Source of the DNA: Ptychomitrium polyphyllum
Lineage: Eukaryota
Direction: 5' to 3'
NCBI GenBank assembly: GCA_973851085.1
Contig: OZ316775.1
Coordinates: 5,394,001 to 5,458,000 of the forward strand
DNA: 64,000 nucleotides
Shown in pieces: positions 28,801 to 40,825 of this stretch. The notes under the pieces were generated by a model. That model did no database searches. It saw only the letters and a program-made list of their open reading frames with translations, and was not told the DNA's origin. The position numbers were made by a program, and so were the translations under genes. Each line of letters starts with the position of its first letter. Position 1 is the stretch's first letter.

Positions 28801-30441
28801 TCTCTTCTACAATGTTAAATTTTGTCGTTTTTTTAAGAAAAAATCTATAATGAGCTGATTCTATAGCTCAAAGCCTTTGCGGTTGAAGATCCTTCAAGCA
28901 CGTCATAATTTTCTAGCAGTAAGACATTTTGAATTCAATAAAACAATGGAATTGATTGCTAGAGACTATTGGTGGCTACAAATGTTGAAGTATGTAAAGG
29001 ACTTTGTTCAATCATGCGACACTTGTGCAAGGGCCAAAGTACCAAGACACCAACCTCATGGTCTCCTCCATCCGCTTTCAGTGCCAAAAAGTCCATGGTT
29101 GTCTTTGTCAATGGATTTTATCTCGGACCTTCTAAACTCCGATTCTAAGGATTCTATTTTGGTAGTGGTGGATCAATTTATCAAAATGGCACATTTCATT
29201 CCATACTACAAGACGGTAATGGGAGAAGAAACTGCCAAATTGTTCTTAAATCACGTCTACCGCATACATGGACTACCAAATGATATTGTATCCGATCGAG
29301 GGCCGCAGTTCATTTCCAACTTTTGAAAGGCTCTATTCCAGCTGTTGTGTGTAAAAATCAACCTTTCTTCAATACACCATCCACAAACTGATGGTCAAAC
29401 CAAACGTATAAATCAAATTTTGAAGCAGTACCTTTGTTATAGCATAAACTACCAGCAATACAATTGGATGGACCTCTTGCCTTTGGCAGAGTTTGCTTAC
29501 AACAATACGATGCATTCTTCAACAACTCAAAGTCTATTCTTTGCAAGCTATGGCCATCATCCTCTAGTAGATCCATTTCAAGTGAAGTATGTTGGAAGTC
29601 CTGCAGCAAAGGATTTTGCAACTCAACTTGCTAAAATCCATCAAGAAATTGCTTTTCAGTTACAACTAGCTCAAGATCGTTACAAAACTTATGCAAAACG
29701 CCATCGGAAGAACCATCCAAAGTTCAAGGTTGGAGATAGCGTATGGCTCTTACGACAAAATATATAAACAAAAAGACCATCAAAGGAGTTGGACTATCAA
29801 AGGCTGGGATCGTTTGAAATCAGCAAACAGACAAATCCGGTTAGTTATCGCCTAAAGCTACCGCCAAGCATGCAAATTCATCCAGTATTCCACGTATTGT
29901 TGTTGGAAACCTATAACAAATTGTGTATACTAGAGAGAATTGTCCCTCTGCCTTTTCCGTTGGAAATCAATAATGAAACTGAATATGAAGTGGAAGAGAT
30001 CTTAGATTCACGCATCAAGAACGGATGTGTGGAGTACCTTATACATTGGCAAGGGTATGGTATCAATGAGTGAACATGGAAACCTTCAATGAACGTAACA
30101 AATGCATCTGAGAAACTATGCAAATTTCATCAAAGGTATCCTCAAAAACCAGGTCAGTGATGATGTGTCATCAATAGCCGTTAGCTTCACAAAGAAGTTT
30201 TTCCTTCATAGACAAGTATAAGAAGGAAGGAGAGATATCCAAATCTCCAATTGTATGCAGCATTATTTCCAAGATAGATCATCTTTAGATCCTAGCTAGT
30301 ATGTCAAATCTTCCTGTTATCATAGATATGTGTGAAGAGTAGTCGGCCATGCCTTCATCGATAACAGCATCTGTTGAGCCAATTCAACTTTTTCAACCTT
30401 TACTAACAAAGGATCTAAGCCAAGATATGAGAGGGACATTC
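22883..30441. repeat. Right arm of the 7559-bp inverted repeat (partner 8139-15697)
   Basis: Mirror-identical ORF set; one substitution seen (12160 vs 26420). Confidence 0.95.
24079..25222 (-). mobile_element. Family A solo LTR (mirror of 13358-14501)
   Basis: TG..CA termini, TSD CTCTT on both sides. Confidence 0.95.
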
Positions 30442-32627
30442 GAACGTTAAGTATGACCTTGTGCAGGAGTATTGGCAAGTCTCTCTTCACATTCTAATCT
30501 TGATTTAGATGCTCGCGTTCTTATCATCTATTTAGAAATTGGAAAGTTATTCCTGGGTTATCTAAGATCTTGTTTGGAGGTTGTTTTGAAGGACTTAATC
30601 AAGATTTGATCTTGGGCTAGGTTATTCCAACAACAGAATTCTTAGCTAATTGTCATCAGCGTTTCTTGCAAGGAACAGTTGGACTAGTGAATAAGGAAGT
30701 ACGAGCAAATTATGTCGCTTTATTCCTTTGACAAATTTTGGAATTTGTATGAATGTAACGAGTAAGCCACAAAAAGAATTCCTGATGATACTCGTCGCTA
30801 AATAGGGAAGTAATGTCACGGACATAGATCATACATCATAGTCTTTAGAATATTTTAGAGCCTTCTCATGTTATAAGAGCTTCTTAGAATATTTTCAAAT
30901 GTTTCCATAGCCTTTCCATGTTCTCAGAGAGTTTCTTAAGAAAGTTCTCCCACCTTATGAAACTTCCTAAGAAGATTCCATTATTTTACGAAACTTCTTA
31001 AGAAGGTTCCAGTACCTTAGGACACTTGTAAGGAAGGTTCCGACATTTTAAAAAACTTGTATGGAAGGTTCCAGCTCCTTGGAAGCTTCTAAGGAAGGTT
31101 CCAACATCTTAGGAAACTTCTTGGAAAGGTTCCTTAGACTTCCAGAACATACTTAAGCCTTATACGTAGCTTTTTTAGAAGTACCCCAAGAGATACAAGC
31201 GTCATAATATAAATAGGAGACAATACAAGGTATTTATTAGTCTTGCCAATACAAGTTGTGGATCATCTTGAATTGTGCCTTGTTTTAGTCTTTGTATTTA
31301 GTTTTTGTTGATCATTAGCTCTTTGGAAGCTAATTCTTGGGAAACACTTTGTTTTTGCTTCTTAATTTAGGTATGTCTAACGTATGTGGCTCATACACTT
31401 CTATGTCTATTATAAAGTTAATTAATTATTGAATTCCTTCAAAACCTTGGTTTTAGATTTGAGGTTATATACCACCCTCTGTAGCGCACCTTGCCCTGAA
31501 GAGTGCCCGTAACACTAAAGGCACAAGGGGGACTCCGAACTGAGGTTCGGGACTTGTGGCGCCGATAGTGAGGAAAACCGAGTGGGCCTAACATGGGAAG
31601 GACCCCTAAGGGCGAGAAACATCCTTGCCCATGTAGACCAAAGGCCACGAAGGATAAATCATGGGCATTGGAAGAATCACAAAGAGCTGATTTTAGAATG
31701 CTAAAGATTGCCCAAATCAGACAAGAGAGCTAAAAGTTATGGCATCCCAAAGTTGGGGTGGCCAAGGGGCTATTCTGGACTGTGGCAGCCCTACACAGTG
31801 ACTGTATTGGACTGGGACAGTCCAGGGAGGGACTCCCCGGAAGCCCCAAACCTTGGGAGAGGCGTATCTCCCACAATACTAATTCAAATCGGACGTTTGA
31901 GGAGTCTATCGGCATCTACTCAAAGAGTAGATGCCGATAGAGTGGTCGCTCAATACATTTGGGCACCGGATCAGGAAGATATGGCTTCCTGAAGGTCCGC
32001 TGGCAGTCCCGGAGGCTTCCAGCGGCTAAGTCCCAAGGGAGATCGGGTGGTCTTCCAAAACTCTAGGTGTGTCAAGGTTCAGCCAGCTACAGAGGGCCAG
32101 GAGGCCTGCCAAATTCTACAGAGAGTACTATAAGGGAGGGCTGGTCCCCCTCCTCACTCCCCTAGTGTCCTAGTAGAGACTAAGGGTGAGTCCCGGTTGG
32201 TGAAGCTAGTGTTAGGGCTTCACCACGGGGAATTCCACACCATTGTTAGCCGGTGGACGGCCGGTTTCACGAAGGGAACTAGCACGTTCAAAAAGGTACG
32301 CTTGTTACCAGTAAGTTGAGGTGGTATCTTTACGCCGGCACCATGATGACCCGGGGTGATCTTAGGATTGCATGGGGATCATGAGTGGTGGTGAGGAGAC
32401 ACCACTAAGTGCGGTTAGGCCGTGTAGAATGGGAGTAACACCAAGTGAGGCCTTGGACATGAATGGAAGTCCGCACCTAACCATTGACTACCAATCAATT
32501 GGGTGTCCTAAGAGAAATGGTAGAAAGACTTGAAAAGTGAGAATGGAGGTTAATCATGTGCATGTGGGGGTGTATAGGGTTGACGCGCATGACGCTTGCT
32601 AAGGAGCATTGCAAAGGTTGCGACATT

Positions 32628-32639
32628 TGGTATCAGAGC
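32628..32639 (+). promoter_or_regulatory. Primer-binding site complementary to initiator tRNA-Met (second copy 62053-62064)
   Basis: TGGTATCAGAGC 2 nt after the LTR CA end. Confidence 0.95.
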
Positions 32640-32677
32640 AGGCTTTGAATATCCAAGTGCTACGGTGCGAGGAGGCG

Positions 32678-35600
32678 ATGGGTAAGAAGAAAGCCGGTGA
32701 TGGCGGTGAGCCCGGGGCCTCTAAGCGACCACGCACGAGGATGAACAAAGACCCCGATACGATTAATGAGGCTCCATCTTTTGATTTCAATGAGCAAGGG
32801 AATGACATTGGAGTCAGCGAGGAAATTGAGGAAACTCAACAAGACGAAGCATTGGAGGGTGGAGAGTACTCAGGAGTTAGGATTCCTGAGCCACCTCAGG
32901 GCCTAGAGAGTCAAGACCCCGACTTAAGTTTTCGCATGAAAATGCTCGAGTTCATGGACGGTGTGAACCAAGAACTCAAGCGTGGCAAAGAAGAAAGGAC
33001 TCGTCAAGAGAGGTTGATTGAGCACTTGAAGGCACAAGGTTCCAGGCCCTCATCTTCAACCAAGAAGTTGGCCAAGGTAAACATGCCAAGCACTTTTTCT
33101 GGGGTAAGTAAAGCTAGGAAGGTGAAGGAGTTTCTTTTGGAAATGGACAACTATTATGATGTTCAAAAGCCGGAGGAGGTGGACAAAGTTTCAATTGCGG
33201 TGACCTTTTTGAAAGACCATGCTCTTCAATGGTGGACAAGTAAAAAGGAACAAGAGCCGGAGTTGATGGCGACTTTGTCTTGGGTCGGTTTTAAAGAGAT
33301 TTTGAGTGAACGCTTCACTCCGGAATACCAAGAGTTGAGGGAGGGCATGAACTTGGTGCAAATGAAGCACACCGGATTGCTCAAGACTTATGTGCGAGAT
33401 TTCAACGCCCAAATGAATGCCACACTCAAAATGGATGAGTTTTCAAAGAAATGCATCTTTTTGGGTGGGCTTCAAAAGTGGGTGGTGGACGCCTTGTTCA
33501 AGTTCCCAAAGCTTCCGGAGGACGTGGCGGGAATCATCAAGATTGCGGAAAGAATTGAAGCCGACGGACCCAAAAGAATATCAAATGGTTCTTTTCAACA
33601 AAGTGAATTGAGCCGAAATGTATCTTGCGGCGGAGAACGCAAGAAATTTGGCTTTGGAAACAAACACAAGGGACAAGTAGATGGAAGGGCCTACAACAAA
33701 GTGGACCATCATGAGAGAAAACCATTCAAATTGGGAGATAAGGGTGCTGAGGTGAAGCACAAGCGTTGCCACGGATGTGGCAAGATTGGTCACTTCATTG
33801 CGGAGTGCCCCGATAAAAATGTGAGTACCAAAGCTTGTCACACTTGTGTTGTGGATCACATTTTAGAAGGTGGATTTGTGGCCAAGGCTAGTAGCCTTAA
33901 GCCAAGGTCGAGTCTCTTATACCTCGAGGCCCAAATAAATGGCAAAAATGTCTCATGTTTGATTGACACAGGGGCAACGCACTCCTTCATGAGTTCCAAG
34001 CTAGCAAGGGAGTTGGGCTTGTCGGCTCAAAAAGCTAGCAAGCCCATCAACAAGCGATTTGCAAAAGGCAAACCGTACGAGACGAAGAAGGTGGTGTTGG
34101 ATGTGGCCTTAAGTAGTGGAACATTGGAGTTGAAGGAAAGTTTTACATTATGTGAGATGGATGAGGTAGACCTCATTTTAGGTGATACCTTTTTTGAAAC
34201 TCATGTGGTGGATGTGAAGCGAAAGCCAGCACGGTTAGTAGTGCGCCGTGGTGGGAAAGAGACAATATTGAAGTTGACTCGGGCTCCTATGGTTGCGGGA
34301 GGCAAGTTGAACTTAGTCTCCTTAGAACAATTTGTGAATAATCAATTTGTGGTTGTGATGCGAATAGAGCAAGAAGAGGCGAATAGGCCAAGTGCCAAGG
34401 AGGTTAGGACTATTCCCAAGTGCATTCAAAATGTACTAAGTGGTTACAAGGATGTGCTCACTAATGAGCTGCTCGCAGAGTTACCGCCAAGAAGAGAAGT
34501 GGATCACAAAATTGAAGTGATACCGGGAACGGAGCCTCTTTCAAAGGCTCCATACCGGTTGAAACAAAAAGAGCTAGAGGAGCTGAAGAAGCAATTGAAT
34601 GACTTGTTGGAAAGAGGCTATGTTAGGCCAAGTAAGTCGCCATATGGAGCACCGGTCCTCTTCATGGACAAAAAGGATGGCAAGCTCCGCATGTGTATGG
34701 ACTATAGAGCCTTGAATAAAGCCACCATCAAGAACAACTATCTTCTGCCTTTGGATCGATGACCTCTTTGATAGATTGGCGGGAGCTAGATACTTTAGTC
34801 GGATAGACTTGAAGTCGGGCTACTATCAAATCCGCATTGCGGATGAAGATGTGCCAAAGACCGCATGCCGCACTAGGTATGGGTCCTATGAATTTTTGGT
34901 GATGCCATTCGGGTTGTGTAATGCTCCTTCGACGTTCACGACCCTCATGAATACCATCTTTTGAGAAGAGATGGATGACTTTGTCATTGTCTACATTGAT
35001 GACATCTTGGTGTACTCCAAGTCGGCGGAAGAACATGCAAGGCACTTCAAAGTGGTGCTTCAAAAACTTAAGGACCACAAGCTTTATGCCAACGGAGAAA
35101 AGAGTGAGTTTGCTCAACTTGAAATTGAGTTCTTGGGCCATATAGTGACGGATGATGGAACCAAGCCGGACATAAGGAAGATAAAGGCAATTAGAGAGTG
35201 GAAACAACCTTCTACACAAAAGGGATTGAGATTATTTCTCGGCCTAGCAAATTATTATAGGAGGTTCATACGCAACTTTTCCAAAATTGCTAGACCTTTG
35301 TCCGACTTGTTGAAGAAAGGAGCTAGCCAAATATGGGACGAATTTTGTCACCAAGCTTTTCAAGAGCTCAAGGATAAGTTGTCACAACCGCCGGTATTGA
35401 AGTTTCCCGAGTTTGAAAAGCCCTTTGAGGTCCACACGGATGCAAGTGACTTTGCCATTGGCGGAGTGCTCATGCAAGAAGGCATGCCAATTGCCTATGA
35501 GAGCAAGAAGTTGGATGGGTGCCAAAAGAGGTGGCCCACGCACGAAAAAGAACTCTTTGCCGTATTGCATTGTTTGAAAACATGGCGGCACTACTTGGGC

Positions 35601-37307
35601 CTATATAAAACCAAATTCTACACGGACAACATGTCCTTGAAGTACTTTGAGTTGCAGGCACAAATGAGTGCAAAACAATTGAGGTGGCACGACACCTTGG
35701 CACTTATGAATGTGGATTTGATCCACAAGCCGGGGCGTGACAATGTAGTGCCGGATGCTCTAAGTAGGCGGGAGGAGTTGCAAGCGATGGGTACAACCCA
35801 AGCCCTGCAAGTAATGTACAAGGGAGAAGGCAATTTGAAAAGGAAGATAAGAGAGGGGTACATGAAGGACTCCGAAGCACAAAGGCTTCTCGGTGAGCTT
35901 AAGAAGGGTAAGAAACTTAAGGAAATTAAGTTGGAGAAGAGATTGCCCAAGTACAAACAAAGTCGGGTGTATGTGCTTCAAGGAAAACTATGGTTGTTGG
36001 TTTTGAAAGAAGAACATGATAGTCCCATAGCCGGCCATAGAAGGGAAAAAACCACCATAGCGGCGGTATCAAGAAAATACTATTGGCCGGGCATAAAAGC
36101 GGACATCACCGACTTTGTGAAAACTTGTGTGAAGTGCCAACTCAATAGAGCCTCTCACCAAAAGCAAGCCGGTCTACTACAACCTTTGCCAATTCCGCCG
36201 GGTCCATGGCATAGCGTGTCCACGGACTTCATCACAAGTCTTCCGGATTTGCACGAGCATGATGCCATCTTTATGATGGTGGATCGCTTTAGCAAGTTGG
36301 CGCACATGGTACCCACTAGAGGAACCGTAACTGCACATGAGACCGCAAAGCTATTCCTCGATGCATGGTAGAAACATCACGGGTTGCCGAGAGTGATTGT
36401 GTCAGACCGAGATCCAAAATTCACTAGTGCTTTTTGGAAATATTTCTTTAGGAAAGTTGGAACCAAATTGACTTTTAGCACTGCCTTCTATCCTCAAACG
36501 GATGGGCAAATGGAACGAGTGAACGGAGTCTTGAACCAATACTTGAGGAACTTTGTGAATGCGGACCAGTGCGATTGGGTGGATTATGTGAGCCTAGCAG
36601 AGTTCAATTACAATGCGGCCAATCATTCGGTGACAAAGTAGTCACCATTTAAGGTGGCCTATGGAGTGGAGCCACTCCAGCCTGCCAACTTAGCTCTCAA
36701 AGGAGCACATTCAACACTAGAGTTTAACCAAGATGGTGAAGACTTGGCCAGAACGCGAGAACAAATATTGGAGAAAACCAAGCTTTTGTTGGAAAAGGCA
36801 CAAAAGCGGTACGAGAAACAAGTCAATGCCGGAAGACGTGAAGTGGAATATGAAGTAGGCCAAAAGGTATTGTTGAATGTGAAAAACTTTAGCTTGCCCA
36901 AAGGCCTCATTCCAAAGTTCATGCCCAAGTTTGCGGGGCCGTTTTCTATTGTAGAGCGGATGTTTAAAGATGTATACAAGTTGGAGCTACCACCCGAAAT
37001 CAAAGTGCACCCAACATTTCATGTCTCATTCCTTAAGCCATTCAAAAAAGATACCTTGTAGCCCAATCGCAAACAAGTGATTCGGCCACCGCCAAAATTG
37101 GTAGGTGACCACTTGGAATACAAAGTAGAAGGAATTCTCAAGTGTAGGCACCATAAGAAAGTAGGAAAAGAGTATTTGGTGAAGTAGAGAGGGTACCATG
37201 AAAAGGAAGCAACTTGGGTAGCAGGTAAGGACTTGGAAAATGCCAATGAAGTGGTGGAACGCTTTGAAAGGGATAGGAACTCCAACAAAAGACAACGTCG
37301 GCATTGA
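32678..37307 (+). pseudogene. gag-pol polyprotein of A1 (gag, CCHC knuckle, protease, RT, RNase H, integrase, chromodomain), disrupted
   Basis: [52 protein letters not shown]. One frameshift near 34750 and nonsense codons at 34962, 36369, 36639, 37059 and about 37185. Confidence 0.92.
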
Positions 37308-39240
37308 TGAGGACATCAATCTCTTTTAGTAGGAGGAGAGAGGCTTGTAGCAGTAATTTCTTCACATCATGTATTGGTTCTTTGACTTATGGCAATAAAG
37401 TTCAACTTTTGTATGTGCAAAGAGAAGAGTATAAGATGATGTCCTAGTCTTGTGCTTGTGCTAAGTTGGTAGAAGAGGGGGAATAGACATGTGAAACCAA
37501 GTTGGGAAGGCCGAGTAATGGAGACCATGGCTGGGAGGAAGAATGGTTAAAACCATGAAACTTCCTTGTTTTGGGCTTGTACAGGCAAGGACAGGGTAAT
37601 GGCGCGTGCTCATAAAAGCGCCACTCCTACAAACTAACAAAAGTTAATGCATGGGAGTCATGAACCCATGTCTCAATAGAGATAGTGGGATCCAGGTTGT
37701 GCGGAACTTGGCATTACCCCCGTGCAATCGAGTCGTGGAATAAAAGCCACCTTGGATTTGCAACCAAGACAACTTGGTCGAGCATTGAGGTCCACCTTAG
37801 TCAAAAAGGTAGAATTGAGGAAGTGTAGCCTAATTGGGGAGTTTATCCAAAGTGGGTTTCAAAGTGGGTAGGTCTAGAATAGTTTAGGGCCCTAGGAAGT
37901 TTGTCTAGAGTGCCTAAATAGACCACCTCCTAAATGACACCTTTGAGACTTTGCCAAAGATTTATGAGTGCATTATAGATGTCGCACCCTGGATGATACA
38001 CAATGCTGCACTACTAGAGGATGGCAACCTTGGAATTGGTTTGCCGACTACAAGTATAATTGATGAGGGCATTGACTCCATTAAGGTGGAGGTGCGTGTC
38101 GCGCACCTCTTCTTGAGGAGTGCCCGCAACATTAAGGACATAATGGGGACCCCAGACTGACGTTTAGGACTTGTGGCGTCGATAGTAAGGAGAACCAAGT
38201 GGGCCTAGCGTAGGAAGGACCTCGAAGGAATGAAACATCCTTGCCCATGTAGATCGAGGGCCACGAGGGATAAATCATGGGCTTGGAGGAATCACAAAGA
38301 GCTGATTCTAGAATGCTAAAGATTGCTCAAATCGGAGAAGGGAGCTAAAAGATATGGCATCCCAAAGTTGGGGTTGCCAAGGGGCTGTTCTGGAGTGTGG
38401 CAGCCCTACACAGGGACTGTACTGGACTGGGATAGTCCAGGGAGGGACTCCCCGGGAGTCCCAAACCTTAGGAGGGGTGTATCTCCCATAGTACTAACTC
38501 AAATTGGACGTTTGAGGAGTCTATCGGCATTTACGCAAAGAGTAGATGACGATAGAGTGGTTGCTTGATACATTTGGGCACCGGATGAGGAAGATATGGC
38601 TCCCTAAAGATCCGCCGTTAGTCCCAGAAGCTTCCAGCGGCTAAGTCCCAAGGGAGATTGGGTGGTCTTCCAAAACTTTAGGTGTGTCGGGATTCAACGA
38701 GCTACAGAGGGGCAGGGGGCTTGTTGAATTCCACAGAGAATATTATAAGAGAGGGCTGGTCCCCCTCCTCACTCCCCTAGTGTCCCGGTGGAGACCAAAG
38801 GTGAGTCCCGGTCGGTGGAGCTAGTGTTAGAGCTTCACCACGGGGACTCCCACACCATTGTGAGCCGGTGGACGACCGGTTTCATGAGGGAAATTAGTGA
38901 GATCAAGAGGATACACTTGTTACCACTAAGTTGGGGTGGTGTCTTCACGCAGGTATTATGATGGTCCGAGGTGATTTTAGAATCGCATGGAGATCATGAG
39001 TGGTGGTGAGGAGACACCACTAACTGCGGTTAGGCCGTGTGGAATGGAAGTAACACCAAATGAGGCCTTGGACATGAATGGAAGTCCGCACCTAACCATT
39101 GGCTATCAGTCAATTGAGTGTCTTAAGAGAAATGGTAGAGGGACTTAGAGAGTGAGAATGGGGGTTAACCATGTGCATGTGGGGGTGTATGAGGTTAACA
39201 CGCTTGATGTTTGTTAAGGTGCATTATGATGGTTACGACA

Positions 39241-40825
39241 AAATTGGATGCAATGGAAAGTGAATCAGGTAGATTCTTTATTAGTGAAGGTGCTACCAAA
39301 CAGCTCGAGTTGAATCGAAATATTAATTTCACCATTTATAGTAAGTGCTAATAAGAACTTTTGGCAATGATATTCAGGTTTTTCATGATTTAGTAGGTAG
39401 GATAGGACAGGGCTTTTTTAATAGGAGGGTGAACTATAGGTAGTATTGTAAATGAAGGTGGAATCATCAGGTGGTGTAGGGATTGAGTGGTATCAAGTTA
39501 ATTGAGAAAAGAAGTGGGATAACAACAAGAGAAATGATGGTATAGAAAAACCGTCTCTATATTCGGTAGTCCCAAAGAGTGAAAGACATCAAAGTCATGG
39601 TTTGAGGATGGCGGATTAGCAGTAGTAGAGAAGGAATTGATAGGAGGATTATTATAAGTATTGTCCGGATGTGGTATAAGGAAAGAATGGATAGTTGGGT
39701 TAATCATTGAGACCTGCCAAGAGGATGAGATGGTGTCTGGTCGTGGTCTGGCTAAAGAAGGTGGTGTGTGTACAAAGACAAAACCGTCATCTTCTTATGA
39801 CCATCAATTAAGTGGTGTTTGGGATGAGGTACTAAATTAACAGACACATTTTTATAAGAATGAGAGGTTATTTCAAAGATCGTATGGAGCATATGTAGAA
39901 TACTAACTACTAAGTGGATTTGGTAGGTGAGTAGAGTGTGGGCGAGGAGAAGAATGGTAATAGAGAGTATTTTCAGCCGTGCAAGAATGTTGGATATGAG
40001 GTACTAAATCCATCTGTACAGTTTAAAACGAAGAAGAATTTGAAAGGTTAAGAAATGGAAGATCAAGCAAATAAAAAGTTTATATTAGGTGGAAATTGGT
40101 TTATTGGGAGGAAGTAGGTTCTATAGGAGGTGGAGGTCCTTGTATACAAGTGCGTGGGCGACTCATAGAATTGGACGCCTACGATGCATGGAATAATCCA
40201 AGAAGAAAATACTATGATAATAGTAATGATATAGAAGCAAAGAAACTTATTTGAAACACTACATGGTCGCCATATTTTATAGTAGTAAACGTTTGAGATC
40301 AATAACTATCGAGTGAAAGATAATCAAATAGTTTTATAATACAAAATTTTATTTAAGGAGAGTCAATTACACTAATATTGAAATTGGTAATTATTGAGTA
40401 TTCCAAGACCAAGTAACTCCTTATTGGGTTGTATAAATCAAAGAAAATCACTATCCATAAGTTTATAGTTCATACTACTAAATGGGAAAGATTTGGTAGT
40501 ATTAAAGAATATCTATAAATTACTTTAGAACTTATTAGGATAGACAAGCTTACATGTAAAGATACATTCAAAGATAAAATTGATAAAAAAAAAGGAATGG
40601 AGCGTATAACTTGTTTTATTGGAAGAAAAAAAAATACAACACACCTTCAGCTCTCTTGGTTGAGGATTTAAATACTATATCCAAGATCTTACAAAAGTGG
40701 ATTTATATTTGTTTCTCCAAACTAACAGATTACTCTTTATCATCTTATTGTTACTGTTGGAAGATGTTCGATAATATTGATAGAGGGAGACTGGTAGAGG
40801 AAGTCTGGTAGTACCGGATATAACA
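39241..40825 (-). mobile_element. Family C remnant: LTR about 40275-40825, PBS-like TGGCGACC (40265-40272), decayed internal 5' region
   Basis: Homology to 18900-19426; TGG-initiated PBS-like motif just inside the LTR on the minus strand. Confidence 0.6.

Larger units (their letters stand above)
22040..31382 (+). mobile_element. Family B chromovirus copy B2, full-length but decayed; 5' LTR about 22040-22688, 3' LTR about 30814-31382
   Basis: Two homologous LTRs, gag ATG about 22925, RT YLDD, integrase, chromodomain, PPT 30800-30813, degenerate TSD TATAA/TATGT. Removing the element restores the family D integrase frame. Confidence 0.9.
31480..39240 (+). mobile_element. Family A Ty3/Gypsy chromovirus copy A1 (possibly Galadriel-like); 5' LTR 31480-32625, 3' LTR 38097-39240
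   Basis: TG..CA LTRs of about 1145 bp, PBS TGGTATCAGAGC, gag-pol domains in Gypsy order, purine-rich tract at 38083-38096. Flanks CCCTC and AAATT do not match. Confidence 0.92.

Noticed and set aside
31708..31992. Recurrent ORFs inside family A LTRs (MPKSDK..., MPIDSS..., and the 130-aa ORF 60415-60807)
   Set aside because: The longer ones start at TTG or are bounded by stops shared among copies (e.g. GCTCCCTAA). They recur because the LTR is repeated and GC-rich, and I saw no convincing synonymous bias. A consensus dN/dS test could reopen this.
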